A DNA stretch of 30,837 nt, taken from assembly GCA_963703955.1 (NCBI GenBank), contig CAVPGK010000025.1, forward strand, positions 1 to 30,837, in the 5' to 3' direction. The stretch is from Nitrospirota bacterium. GTDB taxonomy: Bacteria; Nitrospirota; Nitrospiria; Nitrospirales; Nitrospiraceae. The position numbers and the translations under genes are program-made. Below, piece by piece: positions 19,411 through 29,405 of this stretch (position 1 is the first letter of the stretch; the number at the start of each line of letters is the position of its first letter). A model generated the notes under the pieces. It was not told where the DNA came from. It was given only the letters and a program-made list of their open reading frames with translations, and ran no database searches.

Positions 19411-19944
19411 ATGGCCAGTGCGAACAACACATCGACCAGCTCCTCGGACATCGGCGATCTGCAAATTCATCAGAACCTGACGTTTCAACGGCGATCGTGG
19501 GCGTTCCAACGGGTCGGATGGGTCATCATCGCAATAATAGTGGGAGCGGCCTTGCTCGGCTTGTTCGGACAAGGACCTCTCAGCCGAGCGACTGAAGGTT
19601 CTCCATCCGGACCCTTGTGGATTGAATACGAACGGTTCGCCCGGGTGGAGTCTCCCATTCTTGTACGCCTTCACTTGGGTGGGGGTGTCCCCGTGGATGG
19701 AACGGCTCATCTTCGCATCGATCACGAATACCTCGACGGGGTGAGAATCGAACGTATCGTGCCGGCGCCGTATGACGAAGAGGCCACGCAGGATGGAGTG
19801 CTCTACGTCTTTCACACGGAGCATGCAACACAGTCTATCGAGATCCGGTTTGTCTTCACGGCAAAGGGGCCGGGATTGTTGTCCGGCCAGATCAGCGTGA
19901 ACGGCGATGCCCCGCTTCGGCTTCGTCAGTTGATCTACCCATAG
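19411..19944 (+). CDS. Membrane-anchored hypothetical protein preceding DUF421
   Basis: FQRRSWAFQRVGW, TM helix, LGLFGQGPLS, IEYERFAR, beta-rich domain ending QLIYP. Confidence 0.75.
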   Translation: MASANNTSTSSSDIGDLQIHQNLTFQRRSWAFQRVGWVIIAIIVGAALLGLFGQGPLSRATEGSPSGPLWIEYERFARVESPILVRLHLGGGVPVDGTAHLRIDHEYLDGVRIERIVPAPYDEEATQDGVLYVFHTEHATQSIEIRFVFTAKGPGLLSGQISVNGDAPLRLRQLIYP

Positions 19945-19971
19945 GAATTCGGATCCCTAAGGAGGTTTCCC

Positions 19972-20427
19972 ATGGACCCCGTGTTTCGTGCTCTGACCAT
20001 CTATACGGTTCTATTACTGCTATTTCGAATCGCTGGGCGGAGGACGATGGCCCAAATGACCAATTTTGATTTTGTTCTTCTGCTGATCATTAGCGAGGCA
20101 ACCCAGAATGCGATGATCGGAAACGACTATTCCGTCACGAATGGTGTGCTGGTCATATTGACGTTGGTGGGGGCCGACGTTCTTCTGTCGCTGTTTAAAC
20201 AACGATCTCCTCGCCTGGAGCAATGGCTGGACGGATTGCCCTTGGTCATCGTCGAGAATGGTCGGCCACTTTCGGACCTTATGGGACGGGCCAGGATCGA
20301 TGAGCAAGATATCCTCTCGGCTGCGCGCGAGCGGCAAGGATTGGAACGAATGGACCAGATCAAATATGCCGTCCTGGAGACCAGCGGAGGGATTTCCATC
20401 ATTCCAAAACAGCCGCCTTTGCCCTAG
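19972..20427 (+). CDS. DUF421 (YetF-like) membrane protein
   Basis: [53 protein letters not shown]. Confidence 0.9.
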   Translation: MDPVFRALTIYTVLLLLFRIAGRRTMAQMTNFDFVLLLIISEATQNAMIGNDYSVTNGVLVILTLVGADVLLSLFKQRSPRLEQWLDGLPLVIVENGRPLSDLMGRARIDEQDILSAARERQGLERMDQIKYAVLETSGGISIIPKQPPLP

Positions 20428-20443
20428 CGGCGGTGCCGTTGGT

Positions 20444-20746
20444 ATGGAAGGTATAAAGACTCAGACCGCTTGGTTCGCGATCCTTCTCGTCCTTGTTTTG
20501 ATTCACGGGTGCGCATCGGATAACAACGCGCGCCAGAGGGATTTGTCCATTACCAGCGCGGTTCAGAAGATTCTGGAAGAGAATCAAGAAGCCAATTTGA
20601 TTCATGTCGATGTATACACCGAGGACTCCATCGTCTATTTAAGTGGAGAGCTTCCGGAATACGAGCAGAAGTTGCAAGCCGAACGTCTGGCCCGAAATGT
20701 TCGAGGCGTCAAGAAGGTGTTCAACAAGATTCAAGTTGAGCCGTAG
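20444..20746 (+). CDS. BON-domain lipoprotein (OsmY-like)
   Basis: Lipobox IHGC. DLSITSAVQ..IHVD....VYLSG...AERLARNVRGVKKVFN. Confidence 0.88.
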   Translation: MEGIKTQTAWFAILLVLVLIHGCASDNNARQRDLSITSAVQKILEENQEANLIHVDVYTEDSIVYLSGELPEYEQKLQAERLARNVRGVKKVFNKIQVEP

Positions 20747-21896
20747 AGGAGTTGCGTTCGGCAGCACCGTCGCGCTGGTTGCATGCTTGGGGGCGGCGCC
20801 GCTCTATGCCGAGGACGCGACCTATGAAACGAGCGCCTGGACGTACGGTGGGTTCGTGGACCTGAGTTACGCGCTCAACTTTAATTTTCCGGAAAACCAC
20901 CTGTGGCGTAGCAAGGAAACGACCACCCGGACCAACGAGCTTGCCCCAAATATGCTGCTGGCATACATCGAAAAAGAACCCCGCATCGAATCGCGATGGG
21001 GGATGGAACTCGCATTCCAAGCCGGATATGATACCGACGCCCTGGTGCCCGAGGAGATTCCGGGACGATCTAGCCCGATCCGCGGGGCTGATGTGCTTCG
21101 TCACGTCTCTCGTGCAAACGTGAGCTATCTCGCTCCCGTCGGAAACGGATTGGCCCTGACTGTAGGCCTCATGAAGGGCTACATCAATTACGAATCGTTC
21201 TATGCCAAGAACAACTTCAATTACACCCGCGCGTACCTCACCGATTATAACCCGAATTTCGTATTCGGAGTCGGCGGTCGCTACGGATTCACCAAAAATG
21301 TGGATGTCGGATTCCATGTGATGAACGGGTTCAATTACCTGTCCCATCCGAACAACCTGCCGAGCTATGGAGCGGAGTTGGACTGGCGCATCACGAAACG
21401 CATGATCCTTTACGAGAACCTCTACTACGGTCCGGATCAGAGCGACACAGCAGTGAAATTTTGGCGCTTTTTTACGGATACCACTCTGGAATGGACAGGA
21501 GGTGATGTTACGGTCGCCGGTTCTTACAATATCGGAACGGAAAAATCGGCCGAACAACCCAGCAATCCCCAGACTTTTTGGATGGGAGCCGCAGTATTCA
21601 GCCGGTGGAATATCGGTGGCCCTTGGAGTCTTGCGTTCCGGCCTGAATTCTATTGGGATCCGAACGGCCGAATCAGCAACTTTGAACAATTGCTGTGGGC
21701 GATCACCAACACGGTGGAGTACCGAAGGCACCTTGGGCATCATCTGGCAGTGCTGCGTTTGGAATATCGCTACGACCGATCCACCGGACCGCAAGGCGGG
21801 TTCTTCAAGGACGGCGACGTCACTCCGGGTGTGCCACGATTGGTCGCGGACCAGCAACTCCTGCTTTTCTCACTGAATTGGGCCTTTGATTCTTGA
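20736..21896 (+). CDS. Outer-membrane beta-barrel porin (BBP2/OmpL-like)
   Basis: Signal peptide after TTG 20736. YGGFVDLSY, YESFYAKNNFNYTR, RLEYRYD, aromatic C-terminal strand FSLNWAF. Confidence 0.8.
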   Translation: MSRRGVAFGSTVALVACLGAAPLYAEDATYETSAWTYGGFVDLSYALNFNFPENHLWRSKETTTRTNELAPNMLLAYIEKEPRIESRWGMELAFQAGYDTDALVPEEIPGRSSPIRGADVLRHVSRANVSYLAPVGNGLALTVGLMKGYINYESFYAKNNFNYTRAYLTDYNPNFVFGVGGRYGFTKNVDVGFHVMNGFNYLSHPNNLPSYGAELDWRITKRMILYENLYYGPDQSDTAVKFWRFFTDTTLEWTGGDVTVAGSYNIGTEKSAEQPSNPQTFWMGAAVFSRWNIGGPWSLAFRPEFYWDPNGRISNFEQLLWAITNTVEYRRHLGHHLAVLRLEYRYDRSTGPQGGFFKDGDVTPGVPRLVADQQLLLFSLNWAFDS

Positions 21897-21934
21897 TGAA
21901 CCGAGAGGTCATGCGAGGCCATCGTACAGAGCAT

Positions 21935-21951
21935 GTCGGACACAATCCTAC
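21935..21951. promoter_or_regulatory. Putative regulator box GTCGG-N7-CCTAC upstream of the ROK kinase
   Basis: 17-bp imperfect palindrome ~110 bp before ATG 22063. Confidence 0.55.
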
Positions 21952-22062
21952 AAAGAGCCCCCAAAGGTCCTGCCCCAGACTTGCAAGTCGCCTGATATCC
22001 TTTTCTTCAGTTCGTACGTAGAGTTGCGAAAAAGGGCGTGTTCTTCCAAGGAAGGAGATGTC

Positions 22063-22788
22063 ATGCAGACACTGACAAAGCGCAACGACTCTGGCAAGTC
22101 CAAAGCCCGGGTGACGCTCCTGAAACCACTGCGCACGCTGGCCGTCGATATCGGAGCGACAGGAATCAAAATGTTGGTGCTGAATGAGCTAGGCAAGCCG
22201 TTGACAAAGCGAAACCGCGTGGAGACGCCTGATTCAGGCAAGCCGATCGCCGTGATAGACGCGGTAATTGAGTTGGCGGAACAGCACGGTGAATTTGATC
22301 GGGTATCGGTGGGGTTCCCAGGCGTGGTGCGCCATGGGGTCGTGAAGCAGGCGCCGAAACTCGCTCCAGAATGGAAGGATATTAATCTCGCGAACGCGTT
22401 GTCTTCGCGGCTCAACAAGCCCGTCAGGGTCGCCAATGACGCAGACGTACAGGGGTTCGGAGCGATCTCCGGCGATGGCGTAGAACTCGTAGTTACCCTA
22501 GGGACGGGGGTCGGATCCGCACTATTTGTGGACGGTGTTTTGGTGCCGAATGTCGAGGTTGGGCACGACAAACTCAGCGATGCCCAACTCACGAGTGTAG
22601 GGAAGAAGAGATGGAATAAACGTCTCGTGAAGGCTATTAGAAAACTGGACGCCGTCTTTCATTATGATCGGCTCTATATCGGAGGTGGTAACGCTAGGCA
22701 GGTGGACATCGGCATACTCCCTGCGGATGTGACGATCGTGTCCAACCTCAATGGATTGGTCGGAGGCCTGGCGTTATGGCGTGATTAG
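22063..22788 (+). CDS. ROK-family sugar kinase, polyphosphate glucokinase-like
   Basis: AAGGAG RBS. LAVDIGATGIK, VGFPGVVRHG, NDADVQG, TLGTGVGSALF.DG.LVPNVE, YIGGG. Confidence 0.87.
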   Translation: MQTLTKRNDSGKSKARVTLLKPLRTLAVDIGATGIKMLVLNELGKPLTKRNRVETPDSGKPIAVIDAVIELAEQHGEFDRVSVGFPGVVRHGVVKQAPKLAPEWKDINLANALSSRLNKPVRVANDADVQGFGAISGDGVELVVTLGTGVGSALFVDGVLVPNVEVGHDKLSDAQLTSVGKKRWNKRLVKAIRKLDAVFHYDRLYIGGGNARQVDIGILPADVTIVSNLNGLVGGLALWRD

Positions 22789-22824
22789 AGGATGTCTGTC
22801 TAGGCCGGAAACGGGAGGTGCCTC

Positions 22825-23070
22825 ATGTCGATCTTAGGATGGATCGTGTTCGGGTTAGTCGTCGGGATCGTCGCGAAGTTTCTGATGCCCGGGCCCGATC
22901 CGGGGGGAATGATCGTCACGATTCTCTTGGGAATCGTCGGCGCGCTGCTCGGTGGGTTCATTGGTCGTGGTTTGGGGTGGTACGGCGAAGCGGATCCTGT
23001 CGGCTTCGTCATGGCGTTGATTGGGGCGATCCTGATTCTTATCCTCTATCGACAGTTCAGGGGGTTCTAA
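22825..23070 (+). CDS. GlsB/YeaQ/YmgE stress-response membrane protein
   Basis: GGAGG RBS. WIVFGLVVGIVAKFLMPG...LGIVGALLGG...IGAILIL. Confidence 0.92.
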   Translation: MSILGWIVFGLVVGIVAKFLMPGPDPGGMIVTILLGIVGALLGGFIGRGLGWYGEADPVGFVMALIGAILILILYRQFRGF

Positions 23071-23100
23071 GAATCGGACGTAACTTATAGGGGGCGACCC

Positions 23101-24119
23101 TTGCGGAAATTCGCTTTTTGGTGGTCGCTGCTGAAGCAGACGTTTGTCGAGTGGAATCTCGACGGCGTGCCTCGGTTGGGAGCAGCCTTGGCGTACTATA
23201 CCGTCTTCTCGATGGTGCCGCTTCTGGTCGTGATCATCGCAGTCGTGGGGATGGTGTTCGGACAAGAGGCGGCGCAAGACTACATCATAGTGCAGATCGA
23301 AGGGCTGGTAGGTCCGCAAAGCGCCTCGGCAATCCAAGAGATGCTGGAGTATGCCAATCGCCCGTCGAGCGGAGTTCTGGCCGCCATCGTCGGAATTGCT
23401 ACCTTGCTCCTGGGCGCTTCGGGGTCTTCGGCCAGCTCCAAGACGCGCTGAACACCATCTGGGATGTTGAGGCCAGGGAAGGCAAAGGCCTTCTAGGGGT
23501 GATCAAGGATCGATTCATCTCTTTTTTGGCTGTACTGGGTAGCGGCTTCTTGCTCACCGTTTCGCTGATTTTCAGCGCGTGGCTCGCGGCGTTTGGAAAG
23601 CTGTTTGAAGCCTGGTTGCCCCTTCCTGAAATCCTGCTGGAAGGTCTCAATTTCGGCATATCTTTCGCGGCGATCACCGTCTTGTTCGCCATGATTTTTA
23701 AAGTGCTTCCCGATGCAAAGATCGCTTGGAAGGATGTCTGGGTGGGCGCGGCGATGACGTCGCTGCTGTTCACGCTCGGAAAGTTTGCACTCGGTCTCTA
23801 TCTTGGAAAGAGCGACATCGGAACAGCATACGGGGCAGCCGGCTCTCTGGTCATTGTCCTGGTGTGGGTCTACTATTCTGCACAAATCCTTCTCTTCGGA
23901 GCCGAGTTTACATTCGTGTATGCCGATCGGATCGGATCACGCATTATTGCCCAAAAACACGAGGGTCAGGCTTCGCAACGATTTCCCTTCGAGAGTCATA
24001 CTCCGGCATACTCGCGCTCGGAGTCAGCGCCGGGCCGCATGGCTATACCGGGCTGGATCCCCACGACGCTTGTGTTCGTGATGGTGACGATGCGACTGAT
24101 TCATCGATCGGGCCGATGA
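23101..24119 (+). CDS. YihY/virulence factor BrkB family membrane protein; single frameshift in a G-run near 23421
   Basis: PRLGAALAYYTVFS...LLGAS joins GVFGQLQDALNTIW...KVLPD...YGAAGSLVIVLVWVYYSAQILLFGAEF. Confidence 0.88.
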
Positions 24120-24165
24120 CCCCTCCTCCGGCCACCCCTCGCAGTTAATCCTCCTCAGAACCTCT

Positions 24166-25626
24166 CTACAAGGCTCTCATGAATGCCGCTAGCGCGGCTT
24201 TCTCCTCTCGACTCAGGTGAAGGCCACCCACGACATTGAAAAACTCGACGGTGTCTTCAACGGTCGGCAGCCTCCCGTCGTGGAAGTAGGGCGGGGAGTC
24301 CTTGATCCCGCGTAGCACAAACGTCTTGATTGGCCCGTCGGCTTCGGCGCCGAACCGTTCCAGCTTGAGATCATGCATCATATGATCCGTATAGGCAGGC
24401 GGCTGGTGGCATGCGGCGCAGCGCGCTTTTCCGAAGAAGAGGTCTTCCCCCTGAATTTCCTGTTCGGTCGCCTTTTTTCTGTTCAACCGGCCGGTCATCG
24501 GATCCAGCTTGGCAGCCGGAGGAAAATCGACCATGTTCTGCATTTGAGCCATGTGTGCCACTTGGACGCGATCGATTAGATTCAAGCCTTTTTTCATCGC
24601 TCTGATGGGATCGCCATTAAAATAGGCGGTCCGCTGCTCGAACTCGGTGAAGTCTTCGACCGACCGCAGGCTACGTTTTGATCCATGGATCTGCTGATTG
24701 AACATCCCTCGGAGGCTCACGGTATCCAGGCGGAGCCGATCTCGTTGCGGTCTCGTGTCAGGATTGAGGTGAAATTGCGCCGTCGTATGAAAATTAACAT
24801 GGCAGTCGAGACAGGAGACCCCCAAACTCGGCTTGTCGGATTTCCGATCGTGAGTCAGATTGAACTCCTCTTGTGGGAATTGCGTGACCAACAAACGGAG
24901 ACCGTCAAGCTGAACCGGGGTGACGAGTCCTCGGAAGAGGCGGTCAAAATTTTCCGCGTGAAGCGCTTCACCCCGTGACACATCTCCGAGTTCCGGATGC
25001 GTGGTGAGAAAGATAGGAGGCGGAAACTCAGGAAGAAAACAATCCGGCAGATCAAACTCTACATCGAAGCGTTCTAAACGGGGGAACTGTTCGGTTTGTG
25101 CTTGCGGGAAGACCATCCCCCCGACCTCATGTTTCACATGAGGAAGCCGATGGAAGCCAAGAGGAAACATGATTTTGGTCTTGATATCATCTGCATCTGC
25201 CTCGGAAAGTTTTTCCCATGTGAGACCATCCTTCAGTAGAACTGTCGGTCCGATGGGTTGCGGTTTCCCTTTCGTCATGATCGCACCGGGTTGTGTTTTG
25301 CAATCGAGGTTGTAACGATCACGCAAAAGCTTTTTTTGCTTGGCGATCACCTTCGATTTTTCCGCGATGTCCTTTGCCTTTCCTTCGTCGGCATTCTTGT
25401 CGGGATCCTGACCCGGAGGGGCTCCAAACACATCGTACGAAAAATCGACGCCTTCGAACCCCTTTTTCTTTGTTTCGGTCAGTTCAAGATCCAACTTATC
25501 TTTCGGCTGCTCTTTAGGTCGAGTTTTTTCTTGACGTGTCTGGGCCAGGATCCCACCCGTATAGATCCCCGCGAAACCCGCGCAGATAAACATGGCGAGT
25601 ACCAGAAGAAGGATGCGTTGTGTCAT
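24166..25626 (-). CDS. Periplasmic diheme cytochrome c of the cytochrome c peroxidase/MauG superfamily (atypical)
   Basis: Signal peptide, two CxxCH motifs (CLDCH, CAACH), DTVSLRG, GEDLFFGKARC, KTFVLRGIKDSPPYFHDG. Confidence 0.85.
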   Translation of the reverse strand: MTQRILLLVLAMFICAGFAGIYTGGILAQTRQEKTRPKEQPKDKLDLELTETKKKGFEGVDFSYDVFGAPPGQDPDKNADEGKAKDIAEKSKVIAKQKKLLRDRYNLDCKTQPGAIMTKGKPQPIGPTVLLKDGLTWEKLSEADADDIKTKIMFPLGFHRLPHVKHEVGGMVFPQAQTEQFPRLERFDVEFDLPDCFLPEFPPPIFLTTHPELGDVSRGEALHAENFDRLFRGLVTPVQLDGLRLLVTQFPQEEFNLTHDRKSDKPSLGVSCLDCHVNFHTTAQFHLNPDTRPQRDRLRLDTVSLRGMFNQQIHGSKRSLRSVEDFTEFEQRTAYFNGDPIRAMKKGLNLIDRVQVAHMAQMQNMVDFPPAAKLDPMTGRLNRKKATEQEIQGEDLFFGKARCAACHQPPAYTDHMMHDLKLERFGAEADGPIKTFVLRGIKDSPPYFHDGRLPTVEDTVEFFNVVGGLHLSREEKAALAAFMRAL

Positions 25627-25712
25627 GGATATCTCCCTTATCTGAGAAATGACGAGGGTTCTCCAGTAGTCTTAAGGGGCAACCGGAAACGGCTTCCCCC
25701 TACCATGATTCA

Positions 25713-26252
25713 TTACCGCCGGCTTCTGCCGCCGTTTTTTCGTGAATGCATAACTCTCCCATTGCGCTTGCCTGACCGGCTGAAAAACTTGGCCATCAGC
25801 TGCTCTTTCCGCTTCATGACTTGATTGGTCAGATCGTCCCAATCAATATCACATTTCTCCGCTTTCGGCAGCATTTGACCTTCTTCTTCCTTAATATGAT
25901 GTTTAACGCTTTCCCCGAGGACTGTAAATTTCGCGTCGTAACGCTCGCTGCTGGGTTTCATCTTCTTCAACTCGGCCACCAAGGTGTGCACGACGTGGTG
26001 TTCCTCGAGGGCCTCGTCCATGAGATCTTGCTCTTCAATCTCCGGTCGGATCGCCGGATAGATGATCTCTTCCTCCAGCTTCGCGTGTACTTGCAGTTCC
26101 GCCAGCGCCGTCTCCACGAGTTTTTGTTTCTCTTTGGAGTCCTCGGTGTTTTCGAACTCTTCGAACAGATCTTTGACCTTCTGGTGATCCTCATGCAGCA
26201 TTCGTACGATGGTTGAGGCGCTTCTCTCTGACACCGATGATGTCATTCGCAT
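25713..26252 (-). CDS. Hemerythrin/HHE cation-binding domain protein
   Basis: GAGGAGG RBS. LHEDH, HAKLEEEIIYP, EEH, HHIKEEE. Basic C-terminal tail. Confidence 0.92.
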   Translation of the reverse strand: MRMTSSVSERSASTIVRMLHEDHQKVKDLFEEFENTEDSKEKQKLVETALAELQVHAKLEEEIIYPAIRPEIEEQDLMDEALEEHHVVHTLVAELKKMKPSSERYDAKFTVLGESVKHHIKEEEGQMLPKAEKCDIDWDDLTNQVMKRKEQLMAKFFSRSGKRNGRVMHSRKNGGRSRR

Positions 26253-26475
26253 AACGCTTAACCTCCTCTTCTATTTGTGTGATTGCTGACTGTGAATTAT
26301 TGTTGAAATGATCATTGGGACGATCTCAGTCTAATGCATGTCAGAGTCTTGTGCTATCGGCGACGGCGGAGGAGACTTGTAGGTTTAAACGAAGGATGAT
26401 CTCCATCCGTCCCCCCCTTTCCATCCGGAAAATGATGGTTATCTCTACCCTCATACACCAACTGTGAGGATGAAT

Positions 26476-28863
26476 ATGGACAGCACATATGACCAAGGAC
26501 TCGTGACCCTATTACCCGTTTTACCGATTAAGAGGACTGTGTTGTTTCCAGGCGTCATGCTGCCGTTGAGCGTCGGACGCTCACGGTCAGTAGCGGCGGT
26601 GGAGGCCTCTCTCAAAACCGAAGAGAAGACCATCATCGTCGTCACGCAGCGTGATCCGGATAAAGAAGATCCTACGGTCGATGATTTGTTTACGATCGGG
26701 ACAAAGGCGGTCGTCAAGCAAGTGGGCCGGACCTCAGAAGGAGTGCTCCAGGCCTTCCTTCAAGGAATCGAGCGGGTTGTCCTGCTGAAAATGGAGCAGG
26801 TAGACCCATTTCTGATGGTCCGATCACGGCAGGTGACTCCTCCGCCCGATTCGGCGCCTGAGATTGACGCATTGCACCGGGCGATTCTCGACATGATCGA
26901 TCGACTCCCGACGCTTGTTCCGACACCTGGCATCGGCGACGTCGTGGCCACGCTGCATGCCGAACGCGATCCTGTCGCCTTGGCGTACCGGGTCGCCTCT
27001 CTCCTGAATCTGACAGTCGAGACGGAGCAAGCGCTGCTGGAGGCGGCGACACGCGAGGATGTCCTCCGCCAGCTCTATAAGTCACTTGCGCACGAAGTGC
27101 AGGTGCTGGAGCTTCGAAATAAGATTGCCAGCGACGCGCAGGCCGAGATCGGAAAGTCTCAACGCGAGTACATGCTGCGCCAACAACTCAAAGCCATTCA
27201 GCAAGAGCTGGGTGAAGGCGAGGGGGAGGAAAGCGAAACCGCGCACCTCAAGAAGCAGATCGAGGAGGCCGACGTGCCGGAGTCCGTCCGCAAGGAGGCG
27301 GACCGTGAACTGGCAAGATTGGCGAAAACACCTGCGGCTTCGCCGGAGCACCAGGTAATCCGGAACTATCTGGAACTGCTGCTTGAACTCCCCTGGAACA
27401 AGGTCTCTGCAGATCATCTCGATTTGGCGCGCGTGCGTCAAATCCTGGATGTGGATCATTACGGCATTCAGGAGGTCAAGGAACGCATTATCGAACATCT
27501 GGCGGTCCTGAAATTGAATGCCTCCGCCAAGGCCCCTATCCTCTGCCTGGTCGGCCCTCCCGGGGTGGGAAAAACCAGTCTGGGGCAATCGATTGCACGC
27601 GCCTTGGGCCGGACCTTCGAACGGATGAGTTTGGGCGGGGTACATGATGAGGCGGAGCTGCGCGGCCATCGCCGGACCTATATCGGAGCCATGCCGGGCC
27701 GCATCATTCAAGCGATGCGCCGCGCCGGCGTAAACAATCCCGTGCTCATGTTGGACGAAGTCGATAAGATGGGGCGGGATTTTCGAGGGGATCCCGCGGC
27801 AGCCTTGCTCGAGATTCTCGATCCCGCGCAGAACCATACGTTCCGGGACAACTATCTCGATTTGCCGTTTGACCTATCTCGGGTCTTCTTCATCACGACG
27901 GCGAACGCCCTGCATCCAATTTCCCAGCCCCTGCTGGACCGGATGGAGGTCATTCGTTTGCCTGGGTACAGCGAGCAGGAAAAACTTCAGATTGCCACGC
28001 GCTATCTCTGGCCACGCCGTTTGAAGGAAGCCGGTCTCACCGGCGACCACGTGCAGTTCGGCGAGGAGGTCCTCAAAGAAATCATCAGCCGGTACACCCG
28101 TGAGGCGGGGGTTCGGCAGCTGGAGCAAATGCTGGGTCGTCTGACTAGGAAGGTGGCGCTGAAGCTCACCGAAATGCCGCCGGATTCCCCCGGCCCAGTG
28201 GCAATCGAGGGAGACCACTTGGGTGACTGGCTCGGAACCGAACGGTTCATGCCCGAAGAAGCCCGAAAAGACTTGCCGGCTGGAGTCGCTACCGGTTTAG
28301 CCTGGACGGAAACCGGAGGCGATGTGCTATACGTGGAAACCAGCTTGTTACCGGGTGGGCGGGAGTTGACATTGACCGGTCAGCTCGGCGAGGTCATGCA
28401 AGAGTCAGCCAGAGCGGCAAGGAGTTATCTATGGTCCCACGCGGATGTGTTGGGCATCGACGTCGAGCGCTTCAAGCGAAACGGGGTGCACATCCACGTG
28501 CCCTCAGGAGCGATTCCCAAAGATGGTCCCTCCGCCGGCATTACGATGGCGACGGCGCTCGCGTCTCTGTACCTGGCCCTTCCGGTGCGAAGCGATCTCG
28601 CGATGACCGGGGAGATCAGCCTGAGCGGCTTGGTGCTTCCGGTCGGCGGAATCAAGGAGAAGGTCCTGGCGGCGCGCCGAGCGGGCGTCACTCAGGTCAT
28701 TCTGCCCAAGGCGAATCGAAAGGATCTGCGAGAGGTGCCGCAGGAAGTGAGAGAAGAAATGGTCTTTACATTCGTCGACACGATCGAGGAGGTTCTTCCG
28801 GTGGCGCTTCAGGAATGGACCGGCGCGGCAAGGCGCCCGATTGGGGAAATGGTGCATGTGTAA
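26476..28863 (+). CDS. lon: ATP-dependent protease La (Lon)
   Basis: LON N-domain (LPVLP..VLFPG), Walker [10 protein letters not shown], Walker [17 protein letters not shown] (Ser) and GGIKEK (Lys). Confidence 0.97.
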   Translation: MDSTYDQGLVTLLPVLPIKRTVLFPGVMLPLSVGRSRSVAAVEASLKTEEKTIIVVTQRDPDKEDPTVDDLFTIGTKAVVKQVGRTSEGVLQAFLQGIERVVLLKMEQVDPFLMVRSRQVTPPPDSAPEIDALHRAILDMIDRLPTLVPTPGIGDVVATLHAERDPVALAYRVASLLNLTVETEQALLEAATREDVLRQLYKSLAHEVQVLELRNKIASDAQAEIGKSQREYMLRQQLKAIQQELGEGEGEESETAHLKKQIEEADVPESVRKEADRELARLAKTPAASPEHQVIRNYLELLLELPWNKVSADHLDLARVRQILDVDHYGIQEVKERIIEHLAVLKLNASAKAPILCLVGPPGVGKTSLGQSIARALGRTFERMSLGGVHDEAELRGHRRTYIGAMPGRIIQAMRRAGVNNPVLMLDEVDKMGRDFRGDPAAALLEILDPAQNHTFRDNYLDLPFDLSRVFFITTANALHPISQPLLDRMEVIRLPGYSEQEKLQIATRYLWPRRLKEAGLTGDHVQFGEEVLKEIISRYTREAGVRQLEQMLGRLTRKVALKLTEMPPDSPGPVAIEGDHLGDWLGTERFMPEEARKDLPAGVATGLAWTETGGDVLYVETSLLPGGRELTLTGQLGEVMQESARAARSYLWSHADVLGIDVERFKRNGVHIHVPSGAIPKDGPSAGITMATALASLYLALPVRSDLAMTGEISLSGLVLPVGGIKEKVLAARRAGVTQVILPKANRKDLREVPQEVREEMVFTFVDTIEEVLPVALQEWTGAARRPIGEMVHV

Positions 28864-28882
28864 AACAGACCCGTAGGCTACG

Positions 28883-29050
28883 ATGATTCCATGCCGGTGC
28901 AGTGGCGCGCCGATTCGTGAGCCATCCCGCAGGAAACGAGCGCCGAGAAGGGATCCACCGCGTCGGGAAGCGCCGCGTAAAGACCCTCCGGTGATCGAGC
29001 GTCCGCGGGATGAGCCACCCGACGAGAAGCGGCCGCCTATGAAACTGTAG
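28883..29050 (+). CDS. Putative 55-aa Pro/Arg/acidic repeat peptide
   Basis: MIPCRCSGAPIREPSRRKRAPRRDPPRREAPRKDPPVIERPRDEPPDEKRPPMKL*. It fills the lon-DUF202 gap, has 10-aa periodicity and a weak RBS. Confidence 0.5.
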   Translation: MIPCRCSGAPIREPSRRKRAPRRDPPRREAPRKDPPVIERPRDEPPDEKRPPMKL

Positions 29051-29067
29051 AAGGCGGGGTAAGCGAC

Positions 29068-29368
29068 GTGCAAGCCGAACAACCCCGTCGAGACAGAGCA
29101 AGCCGTCGATCAGCGACAAACGCTCGCGTTCCAGCGAACAATCCTCGCCAACGAACGAACCCTGCTGGCCTATATTCGAACCGCACTCGCATTGTTGATT
29201 TTGGGCATTTCATTACTCCAGTTCTTTGCCTCCTTCTGGATGCAAGGAGCGGGATGGATGTGCATCCTATCGGGGGTCGGGTTACTGGCGGTCGGTTTCG
29301 CAAGGTTTAGGAAACAGAGTGAACGCATGGCCCAGATGAAAAAAAACGGTGTTATGAAAAAGGAATAG
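29068..29368 (+). CDS. DUF202 (YidH-like) membrane protein; +1 frameshift in a C-run near 29085; absent from the ORF track
   Basis: GTG QAEQP joins VETEQAVDQRQTLAFQRTILANERTLLAYIRTALALLILG...GFARFRK...KKE*. LANERT.LA..RT is the DUF202 signature. Confidence 0.85.
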
Positions 29369-29405
29369 GAGGAGGGATCGCCTGCTTACAGCAGAAGCCC
29401 AGCCA

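Noticed and set aside
20721..21857. 378-aa minus-strand ORF (and similar long antisense ORFs in lon and the ROK gene)
   Set aside because: Antisense to well-supported genes and no recognisable motifs.
23410..23430. Programmed frameshift or phase variation in YihY
   Set aside because: The G-run is too short and no slippery heptamer is present. A homopolymer error or simple mutation is more likely.
29037..29213. Minus-strand MKCPK...CSAC zinc-finger-like peptide with a GGAG RBS
   Set aside because: It is antisense to the clear DUF202 coding frame and the first Cys pair is incomplete.
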